Assembly (NCBI GenBank): GCA_963422365.1
Contig: OY729426.1
Coordinates: 736,001-800,000, forward strand
Length of the DNA stretch: 64,000 nucleotides
Direction of reading: 5' to 3'
DNA from: Nitrospirales bacterium
GTDB lineage: Bacteria; Nitrospirota; Nitrospiria; Nitrospirales; UBA8639
The position numbers and the translations under genes were made by a program. Positions within the stretch are counted from its first letter, which is position 1. Every line of letters begins with the position of its first letter. Below, piece by piece: positions 32,946-43,445 of this stretch. A model generated the notes under the pieces. It was given only the letters and a program-made list of their open reading frames with translations. It searched no databases and was not told the origin of the DNA.

Positions 32946-34658
32946 ATGACCCACGAACGGCAACTCTCTCTTCCCTTGCCACCGCCGCCGGCCGACGCGG
33001 ATGTGCCGCTCATTCCGGCGCGCATGGTCAATGAATGGGTGTATTGTCCGCGGCTTGCCTATCTGGAGTGGGTGGAGGGCGAATGGGCGGAGAGCGGCGA
33101 TACCGCCGAGGGGAGGCGCGTGCATGCCCGGGTTGATGAGGGCGGGGGCCATCTGCCCGAGCCCGAGGATCTCGACGAAGAAATGGCTCGGGCTCGAGCG
33201 GTCACCATGTCTTCGGAACGCCTGGGCATGATCGCAAAGATGGACGTGGTGGAGGCGGACGGGGGAATAGTCATGCCCGTGGATTTCAAGAAGGGCAAGC
33301 GGCCGCACGTCGCCGCGGGCGCCTACGAGCCTGAGCGGGTCCAGGTCTGCACCCAGGCCATGATTCTCGAAGACAACGGGTACACAGTCGAGCGGGGCGC
33401 GTTGTGGTACGCCGGGTCGCGTGAGAAGGTGCCGGTCGTCTTAGACGATGAACTCCGTGCCCTGACGCTGGAAGCCATCTTTGGCCTTCGTTCGGCCGCT
33501 GTCTCAAGGCACCGGCCGCCGCCGCTCGAAAACAGCCCCAAGTGTCCGCGTTGCTCACTGGCCGGCATCTGCCTGCCGGATGAGACCAACCTCTTCCGAA
33601 AGGGATATCCCCCACGGCCGCTCAACCCGGCCGACGATCCGGCGCTTCCGCTCTACGTGCAGACCCCGGGCGCACGACTGCGCAAGAGCGGCGAACAATT
33701 GATCGTCGAGATCGAAGAAGAGAAGGTGGCAATGCCCATGATTGACGTGTCCCAGGTGGCTCTCTTCGGTCCGGTCTCGGTGACCACACCGGCTCTGCAT
33801 GAACTGATGCGTGCCGAAATTCCGGTATCATGGTTCTCTACCGGTGGCTGGTTCCTCGGCCATACGATTGGAACCGGCAACGGCAACGTGGCCGTGCGCG
33901 AGGCACAATACCGGGTGGCCTTTGATGAACGTCGTTGCCTCGCGTTCTCGCGTGATCTCGTTGCGGCGAAAGTACGAAACTCACGCACGCTGTTGCGCCG
34001 CAACTGGCGCACGGACAGGGGTCTCGGTGCCAGAGAAGAGACTCTGACCAGACTGAATCGCATCGCCCAACAAGCACCCCACGTCAAGGACATTCCACAG
34101 CTCTTAGGCATTGAGGGTGAGGCCGCAGCCGTCTACTTCGCTTGCTTCGAGAACATGCTCGCAACGGACGCAAAAGAAAGCCTGGCCGCGTTTTCCTTCT
34201 CGACGCGCAACCGACGTCCGCCCACGGACCCCGTGAACGCGATGTTGTCGTTGGCGTATGCCCTGCTGACGCGCACCTTCGCGACGACGATCTCGGCGAC
34301 CGGGTTGGACCCCTACATGGGCCTCTACCATCGTCCGCGCCAGGGGCGTCCGGCGCTGGCCCTCGACGTGATGGAGCCGTTCCGACCCATTGTTGCCGAT
34401 TCCTGTGTGATCCAGGCCGTCAACAACGGCGAGGTCAAGCCGGGTGATTTCGTGTTCAACGGGCCAGCGTGTGCGCTGAAACCCGGAGGTCGTAAGGCGT
34501 TCATGGCCGCGTTCGAGCGCCGCATGGAACAGGAGACCACCCATCCGCTTTTCGGCTATCGCGTCTCCATGCGCCGGTTGATCGACGTTCAGGCGCGGCT
34601 GCTCGCCCGATATTTGCAAGGCGAACTCTCCACCTATCCGCATTATCTCCCCCGGTAA
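32946..34658 (+). CDS. cas1: Cas4-Cas1 fusion
   Basis: Cas4 part VYCPR, DFKKG, CPRCSLAGIC; Cas1 part LLGIEGEAA, RRPPTDPVNAMLS, ALALDVMEPFR. Confidence 0.96.
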   Translation: MTHERQLSLPLPPPPADADVPLIPARMVNEWVYCPRLAYLEWVEGEWAESGDTAEGRRVHARVDEGGGHLPEPEDLDEEMARARAVTMSSERLGMIAKMDVVEADGGIVMPVDFKKGKRPHVAAGAYEPERVQVCTQAMILEDNGYTVERGALWYAGSREKVPVVLDDELRALTLEAIFGLRSAAVSRHRPPPLENSPKCPRCSLAGICLPDETNLFRKGYPPRPLNPADDPALPLYVQTPGARLRKSGEQLIVEIEEEKVAMPMIDVSQVALFGPVSVTTPALHELMRAEIPVSWFSTGGWFLGHTIGTGNGNVAVREAQYRVAFDERRCLAFSRDLVAAKVRNSRTLLRRNWRTDRGLGAREETLTRLNRIAQQAPHVKDIPQLLGIEGEAAAVYFACFENMLATDAKESLAAFSFSTRNRRPPTDPVNAMLSLAYALLTRTFATTISATGLDPYMGLYHRPRQGRPALALDVMEPFRPIVADSCVIQAVNNGEVKPGDFVFNGPACALKPGGRKAFMAAFERRMEQETTHPLFGYRVSMRRLIDVQARLLARYLQGELSTYPHYLPR

Positions 34659-34663
34659 CCGTC

Positions 34664-34957
34664 ATGGCCGACGAACGTCTCTACATCGTGACGTACGACA
34701 TTGCTGAGCCGAAGCGCTGGCGGCGGGTCTTCAAGGTGATGAAGGGCTACGGCCACTGGCTGCAATTGTCGGTCTTCCAATGTCGGCTGACAGCTAGGCG
34801 GCGCGCCGAAATGACCGCGCGTTTGGAAGGCTTGATCAAATTAGCGGAGGATCACGTTCTGATCCTTGACCTAGGTCTTGCCGACCAAGTTGATCCCCAC
34901 GTCGAGAGCTTGGGCAAGGTCTATGAAATGCCGACCCGGCAGGCGACAATTGTCTAG
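34664..34957 (+). CDS. cas2: CRISPR-associated Cas2
   Basis: YIVTYDI...WLQLSVFQC. Confidence 0.96.
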   Translation: MADERLYIVTYDIAEPKRWRRVFKVMKGYGHWLQLSVFQCRLTARRRAEMTARLEGLIKLAEDHVLILDLGLADQVDPHVESLGKVYEMPTRQATIV

Positions 34958-35166
34958 GCTCTGATGTGCCGATCTTCAGGCGAGTGCTTCGGTACCCCAG
35001 AAATTATGGGCAGTCCTCGCATCGCGTTGTTCTCTTGTCTGAGAAGGAGATACCCGAAACCTATGTGGATATTGAAAGAGAGTTCAGGTATTCTTGGAGA
35101 CATCAGAGTCCAGTGCTCGCGGTGCATCGAAATAAGCCAAACCACTCAAGGAGATCGAAGGCGGCT
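34958..35166 (+). promoter_or_regulatory. CRISPR leader
   Basis: Non-coding stretch between cas2 and the first repeat; variant repeats lie at the far end of the array. Confidence 0.75.
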
Positions 35167-37006
35167 AATTCCGAGGCATATTTGCCTCGGCCTCATTGAA
35201 GCGCCGCCCGCGTCCGTCCGGCGTTGGCGCTCGGGGAAAATTCCGAGGCATATTTGCCTCGGCCTCATTGAAGCAAATTCTTTTTGATCGCGGACAAGGT
35301 TTTGCAATTAATTCCGAGGCATATTTGCCTCGGCCTCATTGAAGCCTACGCCGCCGATTCCGGTGTGGTGCAGATCGAGAGAATTCCGAGGCATATTTGC
35401 CTCGGCCTCATTGAAGCTTGTCACTGTGGCGCTTGCGATTAATCTCATCTTGCAATTCCGAGGCATATTTGCCTCGGCCTCATTGAAGCCCCGCCTCGTG
35501 TGGGGACGGACACCACCGGGAAGAGGGAATTCCGAGGCATATTTGCCTCGGCCTCATTGAAGCGGCCGTCCACTGCGCCGCGACACTGACGATATTACTG
35601 AATTCCGAGGCATATTTGCCTCGGCCTCATTGAAGCCTCTCGAGAGTCCGCAAGCCCTGCGGCCATGCGCTAATTCCGAGGCATATTTGCCTCGGCCTCA
35701 TTGAAGCCTCGGATCATTGCTACCGCCGGCCGAGTGAGGGATCAAATTCCGAGGCATATTTGCCTCGGCCTCATTGAAGCGACGGTCGCCGAGGCGGTAT
35801 ATTGGCGCCCGGGCTGCCAATTCCGAGGCATATTTGCCTCGGCCTCATTGAAGCCTTTTTATTTTTCCCTTCTTCCCTCTTCCTTTTTAAATTCCGAGGC
35901 ATATTTGCCTCGGCCTCATTGAAGCTATTTCCACTCGCACCGCGAGTGGGGTGGGCGTGAGAATTCCGAGGCATATTTGCCTCGGCCTCATTGAAGCTTA
36001 GAATCTGATTCTAAAAACTGAATCCTCATCTCGAATTCCGAGGCATATTTGCCTCGGCCTCATTGAAGCTTTAGTCAGGGTGAGGGGCTCTCGCGCGAGC
36101 ACCAGAATTCCGAGGCATATTTGCCTCGGCCTCATTGAAGCTTTTTTGCCTTCGATTTTCATTCTTGGCGGTGTGCTAAATTCCGAGGCATATTTGCCTC
36201 GGCCTCATTGAAGCGCTCCTTGTGTCCGCCTCTCTATTTTTTTTGCCGTGAATTCCGAGGCATATTTGCCTCGGCCTCATTGAAGCCGTATACTGCGGCG
36301 CCGGCGCCGCAGCAGGCCTGGCAATTCCGAGGCATATTTGCCTCGGCCTCATTGAAGCCTTCTCCCCTTCTTCCTTCTTAATTCTTCCTTCTTAAATTCC
36401 GAGGCATATTTGCCTCGGCCTCATTGAAGCTCGAGTGCCCCCACTAATTCCTTCAAAGACTCGGATTAATTCCGAGGCATATTTGCCTCGGCCTCATTGA
36501 AGCCTTGCATGACTGATAGTAGGGGTTCCTTCAGGAACAATTCCGAGGCATATTTGCCTCGGCCTCATTGAAGCCCAGAGGGGGTATCCCTAGATGGGTA
36601 CACCCCTTCGAATTCCGAGGCATATTTGCCTCGGCCTCATTGAAGCTTGTTGCCCAAATTTGGAAAATAGAAAGGGGAAAAAATTCCGAGGCATATTTGC
36701 CTCGGCCTCATTGAAGCTTTGCTAATATTGTCAATTTGCATTCGAGCGCTATTAATTCCGAGGCATATTTGCCTCGGCCTCATTGAAGCTTGGACTCCTG
36801 CCCGCTTTCTCGACGACAATTGGATGAATTCCGAGGCATATTTGCCTCGGCCTCATTGAAGCAAAACAGACTCAGAGATAGAAGATTCTGGATTCTTACA
36901 TTCCGAGGCATATTTGCCTCGGCCTCATTGAAGCATGACGGCTGACGATCGTAATCCTCATGTCTGCACTCATTCCGAGGCATATTTGCCTCGGCCTCAT
37001 TGAAGC
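35167..37006 (+). CRISPR. CRISPR array with 26 repeats and 25 spacers (35-38 nt)
   Basis: 36-nt repeat AATTCCGAGGCATATTTGCCTCGGCCTCATTGAAGC with hairpin CCGAGGCA/TGCCTCGG and type I-G-style ATTGAAGC end; last two repeats begin with C. Confidence 0.99.
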
Positions 37007-37269
37007 CGCTCGCCGCCACTCCGTCACCAGCCCGCCGCTATGGCAAGCGGGGATGGCGCTGCTACACCAGAGGAAAGAACGGGAATTGTCAACGAATTCG
37101 TGAACATATTCTATTCCAGGGATGGGATGGTGTGCTGCAAAACAAAAAGTTGTGAAAATTTGGCGTTCTGTTTGAGCCGAAGTGTATACTGTCAATATGA
37201 GCAGCTTTTCTTCGTTGCAAGGTGATATCGAAAAGCCAAGGTCCATTGAATCTGGAAAGAAGTGAAGTC

Positions 37270-37638
37270 ATGAAGCGATCCACACTGAGTGTGCTTCTTG
37301 TGTTGTTGATCCTGAACGCTTCATTGGTCTTTGCCGCTTCTTCACCGTTTAGGATTCAAATGGAATCCTGGTCTCCGTATTTCACCCCCTTAGCCGCCAC
37401 TGTGACTGCTGGCAGCACGATTCGTTGGGAGAATCCCACCGGTACGCATCACACCATTACCCATGATGGATGCCTGGGAACCGATACGTGCGTCTTTGAT
37501 TCAGGGTCCATCCATCCTGATGGCGTGTTTGAAATATCAGGGCTTCCCCCTGGTCTGTATACGTACCATTGCACGCTGCATCCCATTATGCGCGGGGCGG
37601 TGGTTATCATAAGTTCTGAGCACTCCTCCGAAATTTAA
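37270..37638 (+). CDS. secreted cupredoxin (plastocyanin/azurin-like)
   Basis: Signal peptide; HHTIT; YHCTLHPIM type-1 copper ligands. Confidence 0.88.
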   Translation: MKRSTLSVLLVLLILNASLVFAASSPFRIQMESWSPYFTPLAATVTAGSTIRWENPTGTHHTITHDGCLGTDTCVFDSGSIHPDGVFEISGLPPGLYTYHCTLHPIMRGAVVIISSEHSSEI

Positions 37639-37796
37639 GACCCCTCCATTCAAAAATCTGTGGCGTTGTCAAGACTCTACAAATGGGTGCCAAGCAATGG
37701 GGTTCGTGAAAAATTTTTAATTTCCCCTTGACTCCGGCACATGTATTTATATTATGAAACAGGATGGAGCAATCGGAAGGGTGAAGGGAGAGAACA

Positions 37797-38753
37797 GTGG
37801 GATCGATGGTTGAGCTACGACAGCTTCGGAAAACTTTCGGACCGATTATTGCGGTAGACGAGGTGTCGTTTACGGTCAGCCAGGGCGAGGTGCTGGGATT
37901 TTTAGGGCCGAATGGTGCGGGGAAATCCACGACCATGAAAATGGTCACAGGGTTTCTGACTCCAACCAGGGGAACGGTCAAGGTCAACGGATTCGATGTT
38001 CAGGAAGAGCCTCTCGATGCCAAAAAAAGCCTGGGGTATCTCCCGGAAGGTGCCCCGGCCTATGGAGAGATGACGCCGCTGAGTTTTTTGTTGTTTATTG
38101 GTGAAATGCGCGGTTTTCGTGGAGCGGATTTGCATCACCGAGTGTCAGAGACTATGGAAAAAGTGAATCTTGAGGGTGTGATTCATCAGCCCATTGAAAC
38201 CCTTTCCAAGGGATTCAGGCGGCGAGTAGGATTGGCCCAGGCCATTATGCATGATCCTTCCGTGTTGATTCTTGACGAACCAACCGACGGGCTTGATCCC
38301 AATCAAAAGCATGAAGTGCGTGGGCTCATCAAAACCATGGCGCGAGAAAAAGCCATTATTCTGTCGACGCATGTTTTAGAAGAAGTTCACGCGGTGTGCA
38401 CTCGCGCCATGATTATCGCCAAAGGCAAGGTAATCACCGATGGCACGCCGGCCGACTTGGAGGCCCGATCCCGCTATCACAATGCGGTGATCCTTCGATT
38501 GCAAGGGCCCCTCCCCGATGGCGTACAAGCGATTCTTGAAGGGGTCCTTGGCGTCAAGAGGGCCGAAGTCATCGATGAGGGCAAGGCGGAGCATGAATAT
38601 CGAATCATCCCGGAAGACGGGCAACCCATCATCAGTGCGGTCAGCCAGTGTGTGCACCGTCAAAACTGGGACATGGTTGAGCTATCCGTGGACCACGGGC
38701 ACTTGGATGAGGTCTTTCGAGTGCTAACCATGCCCGCTCAAGCCCTCACGTAG
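37797..38753 (+). CDS. ABC transporter ATP-binding protein (GldA-like)
   Basis: GPNGAGKST; LSKGF; ILDEPT. Confidence 0.93.
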   Translation: MGSMVELRQLRKTFGPIIAVDEVSFTVSQGEVLGFLGPNGAGKSTTMKMVTGFLTPTRGTVKVNGFDVQEEPLDAKKSLGYLPEGAPAYGEMTPLSFLLFIGEMRGFRGADLHHRVSETMEKVNLEGVIHQPIETLSKGFRRRVGLAQAIMHDPSVLILDEPTDGLDPNQKHEVRGLIKTMAREKAIILSTHVLEEVHAVCTRAMIIAKGKVITDGTPADLEARSRYHNAVILRLQGPLPDGVQAILEGVLGVKRAEVIDEGKAEHEYRIIPEDGQPIISAVSQCVHRQNWDMVELSVDHGHLDEVFRVLTMPAQALT

Positions 38754-38804
38754 AGAACCCATGGTGAGAAAGGGCCGAGGAAAGGATCGGCAAAACGGCA
38801 GGTT

Positions 38805-39539
38805 ATGGGCAGAATCGGCGTCATTTTTAAACGAGAACTGATCGGGTACTTTGCGACTCCGATTGCGGCAGTGTTCATTATCATCTTCTTGATGCTTACG
38901 GGGGCCTTTACCTTTTATCTGGGGAACTTTTTTGCTCGTGGCCAAGCGGATCTCATCCCCTTTTTCGATTTTCATCCATGGCTCTATTTGGTCTTGATCC
39001 CGGCCTTGGCCATGCGGCTCTGGGCAGAGGAACGGCGAGGGGGAACCATCGAATTGCTGTTCACGCTCCCTGTGACCCTGTGGGAAGCGGTGGTGGGCAA
39101 GTTTTTGGCGGCTTGGTGTTTTACGGGCATTGCTCTCGCCCTGACCTTTCCTGCGTGGGTGACCGTGAATATCTTGGGGGAACCGGATAACGGGGTGATT
39201 CTGGCGGGTTACCTCGGAAGCTTTTTAATGGCGGGTGGCTTTATGGCGCTTGGCTCATGTGTGTCGGCCCTCACCAAAAACCAGGTGATTGCCTTTGTGA
39301 TCAGTGTGGTCGTCGGGTTGGGTTTTGTCCTCAGCGGCTTCCCCTTGGTGTTGGATTTTTTTAACGGGTGGGCCCCGCAATTCTTGTTGGAACTGATCAG
39401 CTCTTTCAGTTTCCTGACACACTTTCATGCCTTGAGTCGTGGGGTCATCGATGTGCGCGACTTGGTGTATTTTCTCTCGCTCATTGGCTTTTGGTTGTTT
39501 GCAACAGCGCTCATTCTGGAATGGAAAAAGGCTGAGTAA
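38805..39539 (+). CDS. ABC-2 permease (GldF-like)
   Basis: MRLWAEERRGGTIELL; ALTKNQVIAF. Confidence 0.9.
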   Translation: MGRIGVIFKRELIGYFATPIAAVFIIIFLMLTGAFTFYLGNFFARGQADLIPFFDFHPWLYLVLIPALAMRLWAEERRGGTIELLFTLPVTLWEAVVGKFLAAWCFTGIALALTFPAWVTVNILGEPDNGVILAGYLGSFLMAGGFMALGSCVSALTKNQVIAFVISVVVGLGFVLSGFPLVLDFFNGWAPQFLLELISSFSFLTHFHALSRGVIDVRDLVYFLSLIGFWLFATALILEWKKAE

Positions 39540-39552
39540 AGGATCGAGGTCC

Positions 39553-41505
39553 ATGAACCCCAGACTCTTAACAGGAAGTGGATTGGCGATCTCGGTGGTG
39601 TTATTTTTCACGGTGAACGTCTTAAGTCACGTGGCTTTTCGATCGGCCCGTTTCGATCTCACGGAACAACAGATCTATACCCTCTCTGAGGGCAGCAGAA
39701 ACATTTTGCAGAGCCTTGATGAGCCGATGACCCTACGGGTGTACCTGTCAAAGAAGCTGGTGACGGAATTGCCCGGCATTCAGAGCTATACCAACCGGGT
39801 GCTGGAATTGTTGCAGGAGTATGAGCAGGTCGCCGCTGGGAATCTGACCCTGCACGTCATCGACCCTGAACCTTTTTCAGAGGCAGAAGATCGGGCGGTC
39901 GGATATGGACTCAGGGGAGTTCCACTGGAGGCGGGAAACGTTCAATTCTATTTTGGATTGGTGGCCACCAATTCCATTGATGATCAGGAGATCATTCCGT
40001 TTTTTCAGCAGAGTCGGGAAGAATTTCTCGAATATGATCTCACCAAGATGGTGTACCGGTTAGCCAATCCCAAACAAAAAATCGTCGGCCTGTTCAGCAC
40101 CCTTCCCTTGGAGGGTGGTCCGCCGATGCCGTTTCTGCAAGCACAAGGTGGCCGTGCGCCCTGGATGATCATGGACAGCATCCGGGACGTGATGCAGATC
40201 ATGCCTCTCGACAAAGACATTACGGATATCCCCGAAGAAGTTGAGGTACTCATGGTGGTGCATCCCAAGGGCTTAGGTGATCCGGCCTTATATGCCATTG
40301 ACCAGTTTGTCTTGCGAGGCGGGCGAGCTTTAGTCTTTGTGGATCCCCATAGTGAAGCCGACCGGATTCTTCCCAATCCCCAAAACCCGATGGGCATGCA
40401 AGGTCCCCGCAATTCTGATCTCGGTCCGGTCTTTGATGCCTGGGGAATCGAGTTGGTCGAAGGAAAAGTGGCGGGCGATCTCCCTTTAGCCAAAAAAGTG
40501 AACTTTCAAAAACAATCCCGCACGGTTGTGGCGGATTACCCCATTTGGATTGACCTGACGCCTCGGCAGTTGAATGCCGAGGACGTCGTGACCGCAAAGC
40601 TCCCGAATCTCACCATGGCCTCAGCAGGGGTTCTTCGCAAAAAGGAAGGCCGTGCGATCGAGTTTACGCCTTTGGTGAAAACCGACGAACACGCCATGCA
40701 AATCGATTCCGCCAGTCTGCGGTTTATGCCCGACGTCGAAGACATCTTGCGGGCCTATCGGCCGGAAGGCGACCCCCTTGTGTTGGCCGCACGCGTGACC
40801 GGCAAGGTCAAAACAGCCTTTCCTGATGGCAGGCCGAACGCAGCGGATTCAGACCGACAAGGGAACCCTCAGGACGAAAAACAATCAAAACAGCACCCGC
40901 ATCTGACCGAATCTGCGGACCTCATTCACGTAATCGTGGTGGCTGACACCGACATGCTGCAAGATCGATTTTGGGTGCAAGTCCAAAATTTCCTGGGACA
41001 GCGGATCGGGATTCCCACCGCCGCGAATAATGATTTCGTGACCAATGCCTTGGACAACCTGACCGGGAGTCACGACCTGATCAGCGTCAGGAGTCGAGGG
41101 AGTATCTCTCGCCCCTTCACGTTGGTCAGATCCATTCAACAGGAGGCGGAAGCGCAGTTCCGTCAAAAAGAACAAGCCCTGCAACAACGCTTACAGGATA
41201 CCGAGCGAAAGATTCGCGAACTGCAGAACAAGAAAGAAGATCAGACCACGGTCATTTTGAGTGCTGAACAGGAGGCCACTCTTGATGGGTTCCGACAACA
41301 GTTGGTGGCGACCAGAAAAGAATTGCGGAGCGTGCAACACGAATTGCAAAAAAACATTGAACGTCTCGAAGGCGTCGTGAAGTTTTTCAACGTTGGACTC
41401 ATGCCGCTGCTTATTGCCGTCGGCGGTGTGGTTTTCAGTGCCTACAGAATGCGTTGCCGTCTCCGTGGCAACGAAGCAGGACACGGAGCCGCCACAAGAC
41501 CATGA
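39553..41505 (+). CDS. GldG-family ABC auxiliary protein
   Basis: RFDLTEQQIYTLS; LEYDLT; AIDQFVLRGG. Confidence 0.88.
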   Translation: MNPRLLTGSGLAISVVLFFTVNVLSHVAFRSARFDLTEQQIYTLSEGSRNILQSLDEPMTLRVYLSKKLVTELPGIQSYTNRVLELLQEYEQVAAGNLTLHVIDPEPFSEAEDRAVGYGLRGVPLEAGNVQFYFGLVATNSIDDQEIIPFFQQSREEFLEYDLTKMVYRLANPKQKIVGLFSTLPLEGGPPMPFLQAQGGRAPWMIMDSIRDVMQIMPLDKDITDIPEEVEVLMVVHPKGLGDPALYAIDQFVLRGGRALVFVDPHSEADRILPNPQNPMGMQGPRNSDLGPVFDAWGIELVEGKVAGDLPLAKKVNFQKQSRTVVADYPIWIDLTPRQLNAEDVVTAKLPNLTMASAGVLRKKEGRAIEFTPLVKTDEHAMQIDSASLRFMPDVEDILRAYRPEGDPLVLAARVTGKVKTAFPDGRPNAADSDRQGNPQDEKQSKQHPHLTESADLIHVIVVADTDMLQDRFWVQVQNFLGQRIGIPTAANNDFVTNALDNLTGSHDLISVRSRGSISRPFTLVRSIQQEAEAQFRQKEQALQQRLQDTERKIRELQNKKEDQTTVILSAEQEATLDGFRQQLVATRKELRSVQHELQKNIERLEGVVKFFNVGLMPLLIAVGGVVFSAYRMRCRLRGNEAGHGAATRP

Positions 41506-42659
41506 CCACCAAAACCGTGACCATCATGGCAGTCATCACTGTCGTTCTGATTGCCGCGGCAGTGTTGGTGTCCCAACGAAAAGACGCCACGTTCCCACAA
41601 ACGGGGCAACCAGTCTTCCCGGGATTCATGGCGTCAATAAATGACGTGTCTGAAATGAGCGTGTTGACGCAAACCGGAACGATCACGATTCTCCGGGAGG
41701 AACCGTCATGGCGCGTCAAAGAGAAACACCATTACCCCGCCGATATGGGAAAAATTCGTGAAGCACTCTTCGGCTTCGCAGAATTAAAAATTCTCGAGGC
41801 GAAGACCGGGAAGCCTGAATTCTATGAGAAGCTGGGGTTGCAGGATGTGGGCGCGGAGGGATCGTTGTCCACGGGAGTGACACTCAAGGACGTGGCAGGA
41901 AACACTTTGGCCGCGGTTATTGTCGGCAATGACCGACCAGCCAAGGGAAATCCCGATCAAAAGGAAGTGTTTATCCGCAAACCGGGGAATCCGCAAACCT
42001 GGCTGGCCATGGGGAGACTCTCGATCGAGAAGAACCCTGGTGAGTGGTTGGACAAGGATTTGTTAGAGATCGAGCCGAAGCGAGTCCGGCACCTTCAGAT
42101 CGTCCACCCTGACGCGACCACAGTAATATTGGAGAAAGAACAGCCCGATGAACTGGATTTCAAGGTGGCGAATATTCCCGGAGGAACGGAAGTGCAATCG
42201 CAATTTGCGGTCAACAATATGGTGTCCACGGTCACGTCCCTGTCGTTCGATGACGTCAGCCCAAAGAGCGAGGTCCCGTTCGAAGACCAAGCAGTCGTAA
42301 CCGCTGTTTTTGAGACCTTTGATGGCCTCGAAGGGACGCTGACATTGCTTCGAAAAGACGAGAAGCATTATGTGAAGGTCTCGGCAGCCTTCAAGAGCGA
42401 TCTGATCTGGGAACCCGAATCTGAAAAAAACGCGAAAACCGAAAAGCAAGCCGAAGGGGCTCGGGAGACGGAGAAAACAGAGAAAGACAAGACAGACTTT
42501 CCAAAACTTGCGAACCCTGGCATGAAACCAGAGGCAGAAGTCAAAGCTGAAATCGAAGCCCTCAACAAAAAAGTCGCAAAATGGGTCTACGTGATTCCCC
42601 AATTCCACGCCGATACCATCCTCAAGAAGCCGCACCACCTCGTCAAACAGTCCTCATAA
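41502..42659 (+). CDS. DUF4340 domain protein
   Basis: N-terminal anchor; YPAD, LGL motifs; usual fourth gene of this operon type. Confidence 0.75.
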   Translation: MTTKTVTIMAVITVVLIAAAVLVSQRKDATFPQTGQPVFPGFMASINDVSEMSVLTQTGTITILREEPSWRVKEKHHYPADMGKIREALFGFAELKILEAKTGKPEFYEKLGLQDVGAEGSLSTGVTLKDVAGNTLAAVIVGNDRPAKGNPDQKEVFIRKPGNPQTWLAMGRLSIEKNPGEWLDKDLLEIEPKRVRHLQIVHPDATTVILEKEQPDELDFKVANIPGGTEVQSQFAVNNMVSTVTSLSFDDVSPKSEVPFEDQAVVTAVFETFDGLEGTLTLLRKDEKHYVKVSAAFKSDLIWEPESEKNAKTEKQAEGARETEKTEKDKTDFPKLANPGMKPEAEVKAEIEALNKKVAKWVYVIPQFHADTILKKPHHLVKQSS

Positions 42660-42695
42660 AGTGCCACGGAGCTTTTCCTCTGTAGGGGAAGCATC

Positions 42696-43424
42696 TTATC
42701 CTGCCTCTTCGGATGGAGAAGAGCCGGAGGATGGCTTACTCTTTTTTAGCCAGATCTCGAGGAGTTCTTGATATACCTGCATCAACCGAGAATCTTCGAG
42801 GCGATAGGCCAGGGACACCATAATCAAACCGAAAAGCAAGACCAAGCCCCCTAATCCGGTCACTCCCAACGCTAAGAGCAGCCCGCCGGCTGAATCAAAG
42901 CCACCATCAATCCCGAACACGATCAGAAAAACGGCGGTGCCAATCGTCACGAGTCCTAGCCAGGTCATGGTGAGAAGACTTGAAGACCAGGGCACGCGTT
43001 TCGTGAGGTGCAATTCCACACCGGCCGCAGTGGGCTGAAGTGTGATGGTTCCTTTCAGTGGCCACGCGGTACGAAACCGCATGGAGAAGAATTGGTAAGA
43101 GGGACGAAGCGAAATCACCTCTTGCGCCCCAAACCAGCGAGCAACGCCATGTGGCAGGGCCATCGTATGGTGTTGGCCGAATTGCTGAAGAAGGGAGTGA
43201 CGGGTGAGGTGGTCGAGACGGTCATGCCGGTGGGCAATGCCGAACCCGTATTGGGCAGACAATGGCCGGAGATTGGTGAACTGATACCAGTCCGCAATAA
43301 TCAGCAGCACAAACAGAATGCCTCCAAAGATTCCGGCCAGGACCATTGTTTCTGGAACATAGCACAACTGACCCCAATTCTGTGAAGATGTCCTTTGCAG
43401 AGTCAGCGATTTGACTTTGTTCAT
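42696..43424 (-). CDS. hypothetical membrane protein
   Basis: Three hydrophobic segments; start uncertain. Confidence 0.7.
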   Translation of the reverse strand: MNKVKSLTLQRTSSQNWGQLCYVPETMVLAGIFGGILFVLLIIADWYQFTNLRPLSAQYGFGIAHRHDRLDHLTRHSLLQQFGQHHTMALPHGVARWFGAQEVISLRPSYQFFSMRFRTAWPLKGTITLQPTAAGVELHLTKRVPWSSSLLTMTWLGLVTIGTAVFLIVFGIDGGFDSAGGLLLALGVTGLGGLVLLFGLIMVSLAYRLEDSRLMQVYQELLEIWLKKSKPSSGSSPSEEAG

Positions 43425-43445
43425 GACGCTTCGCTACTATGCCTC

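Noticed and set aside
35855..36394. Self-targeting of the purine tracts at 53310-53414 by pyrimidine-rich spacers
   Set aside because: Only 10-11-nt low-complexity matches; no full-length alignment
34964..37246. Short ORFs across the leader and CRISPR array
   Set aside because: Translations of repeats and spacers
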